From an uncultured delta proteobacterium (GTDB lineage Bacteria > Desulfobacterota > Syntrophobacteria > BM002): a DNA stretch of 64,000 nucleotides. Position 1 is the first letter of the stretch, and each line of letters begins with the position of its first letter. Where the stretch lies: positions 64,001 to 128,000 of the forward strand of contig CAVQGX010000043.1 in the NCBI GenBank assembly GCA_963712115.1, written 5' to 3'. Position numbers and translations under genes: made by a program. The notes under the pieces were generated by a model. It was not told the origin of the DNA, ran no database searches, and saw only the letters and a list, made by a program, of their open reading frames with translations. Positions 20,255 to 29,040 of this stretch are shown piece by piece.

Positions 20255-20971
20255 ATGAGCAAATTCGTGATCCATCCCTTGGTTGTGGGCATCAATGAGA
20301 CTGATCAGGGCATTATGACTTATCAGAAAGGTTACGGTAAGCGTATTTTTCTTCCCATATATGTTTTCTACCTAGAGGGCGGTGATCAGAGAATTCTCGT
20401 GGATACCGGTATGGAGGAGTTCATGGTTCCTCCCGAGGCCGAAGAACAGACCGGTTTGCAAATTATGAAGTTTGAAGACGCGCTGGCCACCGTGAATTTG
20501 AAGCCGGAAGATGTGGACATAGTAATCCAGACTCACCTGCACAATGATCACTGTGAGAATACCTACAAGTGCACAAATGCCAAGATTTACGTGCAGCAAG
20601 CAGAATTGGATTTTTTCAACGCGCCCCACCCTCTTGATCACCGCTACTATTCAGATCTTCTTGACGACTTGGAGGTGATTACTTTGGAGGGTGATGCAGA
20701 AATCGTTCCTGGCGTTCGCGTCATTTTGACTCCCGGGCACACAGCGGGTGGACAATCTGTTGCGGTGGAGACCCATAAGGGAACTGCAGTCATCACCGGT
20801 TTTTGTTGTAATGCTGATAACTTCCCCAGCGTGGGCCCTGCGGTAACACCGGGTGTACATATAAACGCCATTGACGCTTATGAAAGCGCTCAGCGCGTTA
20901 AAAAACTGGCAGATATTTTGATTCCAATCCACGATATTGAAATGGGACGCAGGGGAAAGATTCCAGCCTGA
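20255..20971 (+). CDS. Metallo-beta-lactamase-fold hydrolase (AHL-lactonase-like family)
   Basis: LVDTG, THLHNDH (HxHxDH), TPGHT and PIHD. Confidence 0.85.
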   Translation: MSKFVIHPLVVGINETDQGIMTYQKGYGKRIFLPIYVFYLEGGDQRILVDTGMEEFMVPPEAEEQTGLQIMKFEDALATVNLKPEDVDIVIQTHLHNDHCENTYKCTNAKIYVQQAELDFFNAPHPLDHRYYSDLLDDLEVITLEGDAEIVPGVRVILTPGHTAGGQSVAVETHKGTAVITGFCCNADNFPSVGPAVTPGVHINAIDAYESAQRVKKLADILIPIHDIEMGRRGKIPA

Positions 20972-21000
20972 GAAGACATTCCCCCCGAGAAGTGCTAGCG

Positions 21001-21201
21001 ATGAAACGGACTATAGAACTGCGAAAGGCAAAAAGGAAGAAATATATCTGCCATTGCTGCAGCAAAGAACACAAATTCTGCTGGACCTGCGACTGCGGCT
21101 TTCAGATATGTCTAACTTGTATGCAGGAGAATCAATGGGGTATAAGCGGTAACTCTGTGACCTGGATCTGCCCCGACTGTGGCGAGTTGCGGGGTATCTA
21201 A
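21001..21201 (+). CDS. Small Cys-rich (10 Cys) putative metal-binding protein
   Basis: CHCC, CWTCDC, CLTC and CPDC in 66 aa; fills the gap between co-oriented genes. Confidence 0.7.
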   Translation: MKRTIELRKAKRKKYICHCCSKEHKFCWTCDCGFQICLTCMQENQWGISGNSVTWICPDCGELRGI

Positions 21202-21212
21202 CCTTACCAAAA

Positions 21213-22749
21213 ATGACCTTCCACACAGATCGCTTCAAACTGCACCATCCGGAATCGTTTCCCAACGTCCTCAGGACGGTTAATCGCTATGTATATGAGG
21301 GAAATGTAGTTTACCGTTGGCAGGGTTCTCCGACTCCTTTTGCCCGCCCTGGAGACCTTTTTCTTGCTTCAGGGGCAAGCAAAGAGATCCCGGCTCCCTC
21401 TGAATCTGTAGAACTGCCAGAGTCGGCGCTCAATCACCTTGTGCCCCTCAAATCCGGACGGGTTGCCCTCCTGTGGGACAAGTCTTTTCTCTGGGGATTC
21501 CTAGCAGTTAGTACTTTCAGGGATCTCGGATTTTCTGTTGATCTGCTCACCGCCACCGATGTGAGAGCTGGAGCTCTGGCAAGCTACCAGTTGCTTATTG
21601 TGCCAGGCGGTTGGGCTAGTCTCAAGAGCGAAGAGCTGGGCTTTGGTGGCCGGGAAGAGCTCCGACGCTATGTGTATAGAGGTGGAGCCTACTTGGGAAT
21701 CTGCGGTGGTGCTGGGCTCGCTCTTCAGGTGGATGAAGGGCTGGCGCTAGTGCCTGTTGCACGGAAAGCGATAACCGATCGACTCCCCAATTTTAGCGGT
21801 TCCATCCGGGTGCGCCAGGCAAGCTCACACCCTCTCTGGTGGAGCCTTCAAGGGGAGGAAGTCTTTCAAGTTTGGTGGCCTTCGCAGTTTGATCTCGTGG
21901 AACCTAATGACATTAAAATTCTCGGACGATATGGCGAGCCGGAGAGCGATTTCTGCGTCTCGGACCTTAAGGTCGCTGAAACCCTGGCGGCTGGAAGAGA
22001 TTGGAAACAATTTGAGGAAACCTATCAGATCAATCTAGATCCCGAGCGTCTGATTAACGAGCCTGCAGTTCTTGAAGGTAGATACGGTGAGGGCCGAGTC
22101 TTACTCTCATATCCACATTTGGAAACCCCGGGTGATGCCGCGGGCAATACGGCCCTTTTCAATATTTGGTATGATTTACTGAATAATTCTGTTGTTGGAG
22201 CCGGTGGTGATTCTGATAAGGTCAGTCCTCTAACAATAAAAGAGGTGGATGGTAAGAGCTTGGAGCGGATAGGAAAAATAGCGCGCGAAGCCCTTATGTT
22301 AGTTGACTTGGGTGAAAGACATAACCTTTGGTCCTGGCGCAATTCCTGGTTGCTGCAGTGGAAAAGAGGTGTCCGCGGAGCTGAATTTGGCACAATTTCC
22401 GTACTTCTGAATGGACTTGCAGATGAGCTGGAACGGACAGGAGCAGTGGCAATTGTTTCCCACAGCTCCCGTTATAGTGGAAATGGGAGAGCAATGTGAC
22501 AGACTTGAGGAACTTTGGAGGCAATTTCACCACAAAGGGTGCGCTTTGCTGGAAGAGGAAGCACGGGGACTCAATGGCGAAAATGATATAAATACCGGCA
22601 AGATCACCCCTAGAGTTCGAACTTTGCGAACAGAAATTTTCAACTGCGTTGAGTGTTATGGGAGTAAGAGTTATGGCGGTCTTTACCGCCTACTCTTGGA
22701 CCAGATCGATTCTCTTTTGCTGGGTGCCTTGCTTGTCAGATCTACCTAG
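21213..22749 (+). pseudogene. Class I glutamine-amidotransferase-like / BPL_N domain protein split by a +1 frameshift at ~22456-22461 (or a sequencing error)
   Basis: LIVPGG, GGAYLGICGGAG and YPHLE; ORFs 21213-22499 and 22411-22749 overlap across TTTCCC. Confidence 0.7.
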
Positions 22750-22815
22750 GGAGGCAACCTCAATACCTTAAGTGTGGACATGGATGCGCAGTGTGCTCCC
22801 GCCAACGTCCTGAAA

Positions 22816-22923
22816 GGAGTAATGGAGTACTGGAGTAATGGAGTAGTACAAAATGGCAACTTAACATTCTAAAGAATTCAGCATCTTAACAACACTCCAA
22901 TACTCCAACCCTCCAATACTCCA
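22816..22923. repeat. Intergenic palindrome of 8-bp units (GGAGTAAT x4 / TACTCCAA x4)
   Basis: ggagtaat-ggagtact-ggagtaat-ggagtagt facing acactcca-atactcca-accctcca-atactcca. Confidence 0.85.
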
Positions 22924-22990
22924 TAAACACTTGAGGTGTATCATACCTTTTGAGCAACTTGTGCCTGCCAGGTGAGAGAGCTATGCGGCC

Positions 22991-23554
22991 TCAAGGAGAT
23001 TCATATAGGACAAATCTCCCCACAGATGGTGCACACTCAGCTATTCTTCTAAAATAACGGGGGGGAAAATGGGGACCATTTACAAGTAAGCGTCCCCTCC
23101 AGGTGGTAAGTAAGCGCTCCTCCAACTCGTAAAACGGCTTGTCCGGATACAGGTACAACAAGTCATGACCCCTGAGGTCGGCTCGGAGAAAATTTGCTCG
23201 TAAAAATGTGGCCTTGGACAAGTTAAGAGAATGCCAAAATTCGATTGACTTTTGATAGAGCCATTCGTCAATTTCGTAGCCCGTAGCCTGAGTGAATAAT
23301 GAAGCAATGGCCACCACTATGCCGTCTCCACTCCCCAAGTCAGCCATGTGGCTATATTGATCCAGCTGAAAATGGCAAAAACCGCGATAGACCTCTTCCG
23401 CGATAGAAGTGGCCCACATTCCCGACTTCGTACTACGGTATGGTGGCCTGTCTTCTAAGAGTTTGAGCCTTTGATAAAAGTCTTGGTAAGCGGTTTTAAC
23501 CTTCCTGAAGGTTAAATCTCTATCCCGTGACGGATCAGACATTTTGGTAGGCAA
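22991..23554 (-). CDS. Class I SAM-dependent methyltransferase-like protein
   Basis: ADLGSGDG motif I, GYEID, NFL. Confidence 0.75.
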   Translation of the reverse strand: MPTKMSDPSRDRDLTFRKVKTAYQDFYQRLKLLEDRPPYRSTKSGMWATSIAEEVYRGFCHFQLDQYSHMADLGSGDGIVVAIASLFTQATGYEIDEWLYQKSIEFWHSLNLSKATFLRANFLRADLRGHDLLYLYPDKPFYELEERLLTTWRGRLLVNGPHFPPRYFRRIAECAPSVGRFVLYESP

Positions 23555-23749
23555 GATTAAGCGGGCTTTTTATTGTAATGGCGAGTACTTATCTTGCGAA
23601 ACATGGGCAAGATCGAGTCGATAAGAAACTTACCCTCCCCTGCAGGTCTCCCAGAATTTCTATGGAGTTATCTTTTTCCGCAAATGCGACTATTGCAGCG
23701 GATGCTTGAATAGATGGGTGACTGATTTACAAATTAGAACTTCGAAGTT

Positions 23750-24028
23750 CTATTTGCTGTCAACGCGCTCCTTCATTTCTTTTCCAACTTTGAAATAAGG
23801 AAGCTTCTTTTCCTTTACTTGAATTATTTCTCCTGTCTTTGGATTACGTCCCTGATAGCTATTGTAGCTTTTGACTTTAAAGCTGCCGAAGCCTCGGATT
23901 TCGACCCGGTCGCCCTTGGCAAGAGAGTCTGACATGGAGTCAAACACCACATTCACCACGCTGGCAGCATTCTTGATCGTAATACCCTCCTCTTTGGCAA
24001 TTCGCTCGATGAGCTGGCTCTTGTTCAT
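23750..24028 (-). CDS. ihfB: Integration host factor beta / HU family protein
   Basis: MNKSQLI, GDRVEIRGFGSF, GRNPKTGE and PYFKVGKEMKERV; RBS GGAGG; TTGACA-17-TAGTTT promoter at 24153-24125. Confidence 0.92.
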   Translation of the reverse strand: MNKSQLIERIAKEEGITIKNAASVVNVVFDSMSDSLAKGDRVEIRGFGSFKVKSYNSYQGRNPKTGEIIQVKEKKLPYFKVGKEMKERVDSK

Positions 24029-24248
24029 CCTCCTTCCTCCCCGCTAAAATGTTCACCCAGGCATCCTCCTTTATTAATAAGGAGGGTACGACGACAATTC
24101 CTATCTCTCTGAAAGGTTCTTAACAAACTAGCCGAAGCTTTTACCTTTGTCAACGATATTTTTCGATAATTAACTAAAATAATTATAAAAAAATAAAGGG
24201 CGGGAATAATTGGTGTGAATAAGGCTTTGGCTCATGGCCGGATTGAGC

Positions 24249-25043
24249 TTAGCGCACAATCGAGCGATCTGCATAATATCCACTTTTGACCGATATGGCC
24301 GGGAACACTAAACAACGGCGACCCAGTAGGGTCCCGGGATTAGTAACTGAATTGCAGCCCGTTTCGGTATCGTCGCCGATAATGGCACCGAATTTTCGCA
24401 AACCGGTGTCGTATAACTTGTCGTTTATTCTTATCCCTACTGGTGTTCCGGTTATTTTGAGATTGGCCAATTTTGTGCCCGCCCCTAAGTTGGTGCGATT
24501 TCCAAGAATACTATCTCCAATGTAAGCAAAGTGGCCGGCTTTGGCACCATCCAACATAACTGAGTGCTTCATTTCGGTGGTGTGTCCTAGTACACAGCGG
24601 TCCCCCACAAGGCAATGTCCACGGAGATATGCACCTTGTCGAACCTCGCAGTAGGAGCCAATGATCGTAGGGCCTTTGATCAAGGCTCCAGGCTCTACCA
24701 CACTCCCTGGTCCCACAAAGATATCATCGTCCATCAGGCAGGCCCCTGCATAGAATACAATGGCGCCTTCGAGAACCTCTCCTTCGTGGATCACCTGAAA
24801 TTTGCCTTTGCAGACGTCTCCTGGGCGTAAATCAAAACCAGAGGTCAGGACATTCCCCCGGTGTAAAACCACTGTTTGCTGAAACACCGGTCCAGAGCTG
24901 ACAAGTCCCTGCAAATTGGGCTTCAAAGTTTGGGCTATGTAAGATTTAAGGCGAGTGAGGGCCTGCCAGACAGGCTCGTCCTTGTTGAAGAGTTCCCCAT
25001 GGGCCCAATCTTTAAGAGCGAAAAAATTTTCTGCAGAGAGCAT
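24249..25043 (-). CDS. Left-handed beta-helix (GlmU C-terminal-like) transferase
   Basis: Hexapeptide repeats; HFAYIGDSILG, NLGAGTKLAN and TGLRKFGAIIGD. Confidence 0.85.
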   Translation of the reverse strand: MLSAENFFALKDWAHGELFNKDEPVWQALTRLKSYIAQTLKPNLQGLVSSGPVFQQTVVLHRGNVLTSGFDLRPGDVCKGKFQVIHEGEVLEGAIVFYAGACLMDDDIFVGPGSVVEPGALIKGPTIIGSYCEVRQGAYLRGHCLVGDRCVLGHTTEMKHSVMLDGAKAGHFAYIGDSILGNRTNLGAGTKLANLKITGTPVGIRINDKLYDTGLRKFGAIIGDDTETGCNSVTNPGTLLGRRCLVFPAISVKSGYYADRSIVR

Positions 25044-25069
25044 TCTAACTCCAGTGGAATAATGATTAA

Positions 25070-25312
25070 TTACCGTGATCTCGAGTTGAAGAACTGCCTC
25101 GCTTCGTCTTTGAGAATGTCCAACAGAGTCATTCCTCTTTTCTTTGCAATCTCTCGGGCCTCATCCAGGAGGCGTGAGGCTGCGACATCGAGATCGCTGT
25201 TATTTGGTATAGGGGATCCTTCTTTCTGCAATTTCCAGCGCAGAATGGATTTGGCCAGCCTGAGTTCGCTTTGCCGGAGATGGTTCAACAATGAGTCGGG
25301 TAAAATCTTCAT
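25070..25312 (-). CDS. Hypothetical protein
   Basis: 80-aa helical ORF co-oriented with and 27 bp from the LbH gene. Confidence 0.65.
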   Translation of the reverse strand: MKILPDSLLNHLRQSELRLAKSILRWKLQKEGSPIPNNSDLDVAASRLLDEAREIAKKRGMTLLDILKDEARQFFNSRSR

Positions 25313-25450
25313 ATTATTAATTATTTAGAGTAATGACGGTCAGTGTAGCCAAAAAGCGTTGGACCGTCAAGGTAAATGAATCAGGCTTGAATTCAGCGGC
25401 CAGAATTAAGGGGCCAGAAGACAGCCAGCAGCTGAGAGCGGGCAGCAGAT

Positions 25451-25548
25451 AGAACTTAGAGGTCAGAGATCAGATGTCGAAGGTCAGGAGTAAACCTGAT
25501 CTCTGACCTCCGACTTCTGACCTCTTTGATGGACGACTTCAACGATTT
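25451..25548 (+). repeat. Dispersed 98-bp repeat, copy 1 (AGAGGTC-type 7-bp palindrome)
   Basis: 91/98 identical to 60889-60986 by manual alignment. Confidence 0.9.
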
Positions 25549-25593
25549 AAACGATTTGACGAATCGACTAATAACTCCTGGCACCTGACCTCT

Positions 25594-27099
25594 TTATTTC
25601 CACTTTATTAGCAACCGAGCGGCCTGATCAAGCGCTTCCTGCTGAGTACTTATGCGCCCCTCCCACTGGAGTTCAACCAGAGCGTCAAGAAGCCTTCCCA
25701 CCATAGGGCTTGGAGAGAGATGCAGAAACTTCATAAGATCGTGACCGCTGACTACAGGAGGCTCCATCTCCCTAGGCTTCAGTTGTTCATAGTAAAAATC
25801 TAGCCAGTCACGTATTCGCTGGCGCAGTGGCTGCAAATCGCTTCCAGCTGAGGTAGCGTCGTGAAATGCTTTGTAATTTGAGGCAAACAGCAGAATGAGC
25901 GGCCAAAAAAGCTCAGGTCCTAGTCTAAAGAAACGGGACAGGGCCCGTGTTGGAGTGCGAGTGAGGCGGAAGAGATGGACTGGACGCATATGCTGGCGAA
26001 CAAGCTGGCTGACAAAGTTGATTTCCTTGTTACTTAACAGTAGCCGGGTGCAAAGGGAAGCAGCCAACTCTGATCCTGCAACTTCGTGGCCGTAAAAGTG
26101 GACAGCACCGTTTTTGCCCAGGGATCTGCGACACGGCTTACCTATATTATGGAGCAAAACACCTAGTTTCAGGGCAGTTTGTCGCGTTCTTTCGCCTGCG
26201 AGCTTCTGTAAAAGAATAGCTGAAACGTCGTCAGCATAGTCTCCAAGCAACTCCTGCATGTTGGTTAGAAAGAACTCCATTGCTTCTAGGGCTGAGAGGC
26301 TATGCTGCCAAAGATCCCGATGCTGAGAATCATTCTGCCCCAGATTCCGCATGGCTGCGCACTCAGGCAGCAAAAGTTGCAATACACCGTCTTTGTCCAA
26401 CATTCTTAGGACTGATGCGGAACTCGCTGCCGAAAGAATCAGCATCATTTCATCCCTGATCCGCTCTACCGCTACCTGATTTAAACGGTGACATGCTTGG
26501 AGTATGCTTTTCCGGGTCTGAGCAGGGAGGACAAGACCGTAAGCTGACACTAAACGGTACGCCCTCAAAATGCGAAGCGGATCATCTGAAAGTGAACCTT
26601 GCGAGCAAACACGCAATCTACCGGCCTCAAGGTCCGTAATCCCTCCTAAAGGGTCGAGGAGATGGGCTCCTCTACCAGTCCACCAAGCTGATATATCAAA
26701 AGCCAGGGAATTTATTGTAAAATCACGCTGATAAAGATCATCAAAGATAGATGAACCTCTCAGGGGGGAAAGGTCAACTACGTACGGCTCTCCTATTCCA
26801 TCTGTATGGAGATAGGATATGAGGCGAACGGTCCCAAATTTCCGGTCTATGACCACTGGCTTGCTACCGGTTTGCCTCGCCACTAACTTTGCCAGTTCAG
26901 AAGCGTTGCTGCTTACAAAATCTACATCCTTACAACTCCTTCCGAGCAAGGCGTCGCGCAAGAAACCTCCCACCAAATAGAGTTGATACTCCTCCCTTTG
27001 CGCAACCTCCAGCAGAGCAGAAATGGTTTTGCAGCCCGCGATAAGGTTCTCAACGGAACTCTCAAGCTTGCTGAGGTGAATATTGACAGGTCTATTCAT
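25594..27099 (-). CDS. Class II tRNA nucleotidyltransferase (probable CC-adding enzyme) with a degenerate HD domain
   Basis: VGGFLRDALLG..KDVDF, RDFTINSLA, DDPLRILR and ERIRDE; HD is HN. Confidence 0.85.
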   Translation of the reverse strand: MNRPVNIHLSKLESSVENLIAGCKTISALLEVAQREEYQLYLVGGFLRDALLGRSCKDVDFVSSNASELAKLVARQTGSKPVVIDRKFGTVRLISYLHTDGIGEPYVVDLSPLRGSSIFDDLYQRDFTINSLAFDISAWWTGRGAHLLDPLGGITDLEAGRLRVCSQGSLSDDPLRILRAYRLVSAYGLVLPAQTRKSILQACHRLNQVAVERIRDEMMLILSAASSASVLRMLDKDGVLQLLLPECAAMRNLGQNDSQHRDLWQHSLSALEAMEFFLTNMQELLGDYADDVSAILLQKLAGERTRQTALKLGVLLHNIGKPCRRSLGKNGAVHFYGHEVAGSELAASLCTRLLLSNKEINFVSQLVRQHMRPVHLFRLTRTPTRALSRFFRLGPELFWPLILLFASNYKAFHDATSAGSDLQPLRQRIRDWLDFYYEQLKPREMEPPVVSGHDLMKFLHLSPSPMVGRLLDALVELQWEGRISTQQEALDQAARLLIKWK

Positions 27100-27215
27100 A
27101 GCGAAATCCCAGGAGGAAGCATATACCTACATAGTACAGAGAGAAGATTGCCTGTCAAGGAAGTAGAAGTCTATTAATTAATGGAGAGAACAGAGCTTAA
27201 AAGGATACAGACTTT

Positions 27216-27483
27216 TACTGTCTAAGCTAGGTGGTATTGAGTTAGACAGTATGGATGGGGTATATGGAAGATATTAGGTTATCTTACTATAATTATTTAG
27301 ACTTAGACTGTCTAAATGTATACGCAAAAAGACTTTTCCAAATGAGTCTTATTGGCAACTATACGCAAGTCTTTTTTAGTGTCTTAGACAGTATAAAATA
27401 CTAATATCGCTGCAAGTTTTATCTTATATTAATTTTTTTGAATTTTTTTCTTGACATTTATACAATATATTTGTACTGTCTAA
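27216..27483. promoter_or_regulatory. Array of five TACTGTCTAA boxes plus a sigma70 promoter
   Basis: Boxes at 27216-25(+), 27242-51(-), 27306-15(+, 1 mismatch), 27384-93(-) and 27474-83(+); TTGACA 27451-56, 17 nt, TACTGT. Confidence 0.75.
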
Positions 27484-27526
27484 ATCACTAGGTAAAAAAT
27501 GTAACCCAGTCAATCAAGGATAACTT

Positions 27527-29035
27527 TTGGACAACAATTTAAACAGTAGCACTATCTCTAGTAAGGAACTAATTGCCAAGACAGGAATATCCAGGGCTAC
27601 TCTGAATAATTATATTTCCCTCAATCTTATTCCCTCTCCTGCAGTGCGCAGGCCAGAAGAGCCTGGTGGTCCGACAAAAATGGGGTATTTCCCTGTGTGG
27701 GTTGTGAAAAGGATCGAGAGAATTCAGGAGATGAAATCTTCTGGAATGAGGATGGCAGAAATAGCCCTCCACTTTATGGATGAGGGTACTGAAGGAAAAG
27801 AAGTCCCACGGCAAGGGGTGCTTGATTTTACCTATCAATCAATTGAGCGGATAGTTTTTCCTGCCATTCTGGTCAACTCAAGTTGGGAGATCATTTGGAT
27901 TAACCAAAGTGCCGAGAGGGTGTTTTTTCAAGAGTCTGTTCGTGAAATTCCTACCGCAGCAAACCGGAATATCTTGAGACTTTTCCTGGAGAAAGGTTTG
28001 CTGGGACGGTTTAAAAACTGGAAGGAAATCCTGACGCTGCATTTGCGTCTGGCTAAGCGGGATCTGACTGAGGACCGGGTCGAACAGATCTGTCGCCAGA
28101 TAGAAACTTGTCCTCTAGAAGAGCTGAAGGAATTATGGCGTGAGGCTGAAGCCTTGCAGGAACGGCCTATTACCCAGCAAGACTTGATTTTGAGGCCTTA
28201 CAAAGGCAAGAATAGCAGACATACGCTTTTTTCCACTGATTTTCGTGAGGGCACGCTGCTACTATATACCCCTGTTAACATGCAGCTGGACCAGATTTTA
28301 AACCTTCTTATGGGTAGAGAAAGGCTGGTCAAAGCTCTGCTGTCACGGCGAATTCCTTCCCTTACATCACTTTGTATTCTCGCTGGTCGTTTAGAGTCGA
28401 GCCTTCATCTTCGTACTGCCCTGCCCCCCCACGAGTATTTTGATTTAATCAACCAAGTCATTTTGACCTCCCACCAATGCTTCAAGGATCACGGTGGTAC
28501 GCCAGGCCGTTCAATTCAAGAAGGCGTGGTGTGCTTTTTTCTTTCAGCCCCTGATTCACCCAGGGAATACCTTCACTCAGCCATACAATGTGCTCAGACC
28601 CTGAAACAGATTATCGCCACTCTCGACAAGCGCTGGAAATACAAAAAGGTGTGGAAAAACACCTTGCAGATGAATATGTCCATTCACTGTGGTGAGGAGT
28701 GGCTGGGAACCATACCGTCATCACTGGCCTTCGATTTCACCGTTATGGGCGAAAGCCTGATAGAGTCGGTCAAACTAAGCGAATTTGCTGAGGGTGGCTC
28801 TATCTGGGCCAGCAAGAAAGTGATTGAAAACATGTCGCCAGGAGACCGTCAGCGAGTTGAATTCGGAGTTCGACTTGGAACCGGCCAAGAGAGGTTCGTC
28901 AGCCCAGGTATTTATTCTCAAGTAAAGGAACTGGTCAGCGGTGACGAACTGCATCAGAGAGGACTGAGGGAGATAAGTAACCTTGCAGTCACGGAGATAA
29001 TCAACGTCCACCCACCAGAAGAGCAAGATTTATAA
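27527..29035 (+). CDS. MerR-like HTH - PAS-like - class III nucleotidyl-cyclase-like protein, catalytically degenerate
   Basis: SSKELIAKTGISRATLNNYISLNLIP (HTH); AILVNSSWEIIWINQSAE (PAS); MSIHCGE..GTI..FTVMGE (cyclase fold) with both metal-binding Asp absent. Confidence 0.75.
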   Translation: MDNNLNSSTISSKELIAKTGISRATLNNYISLNLIPSPAVRRPEEPGGPTKMGYFPVWVVKRIERIQEMKSSGMRMAEIALHFMDEGTEGKEVPRQGVLDFTYQSIERIVFPAILVNSSWEIIWINQSAERVFFQESVREIPTAANRNILRLFLEKGLLGRFKNWKEILTLHLRLAKRDLTEDRVEQICRQIETCPLEELKELWREAEALQERPITQQDLILRPYKGKNSRHTLFSTDFREGTLLLYTPVNMQLDQILNLLMGRERLVKALLSRRIPSLTSLCILAGRLESSLHLRTALPPHEYFDLINQVILTSHQCFKDHGGTPGRSIQEGVVCFFLSAPDSPREYLHSAIQCAQTLKQIIATLDKRWKYKKVWKNTLQMNMSIHCGEEWLGTIPSSLAFDFTVMGESLIESVKLSEFAEGGSIWASKKVIENMSPGDRQRVEFGVRLGTGQERFVSPGIYSQVKELVSGDELHQRGLREISNLAVTEIINVHPPEEQDL

Positions 29036-29040
29036 TCTTT

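Noticed and set aside
25451-25572. Periodic arrays as CRISPR
   Set aside because: Units are 7-8 bp, degenerate and without unique spacers; no cas genes
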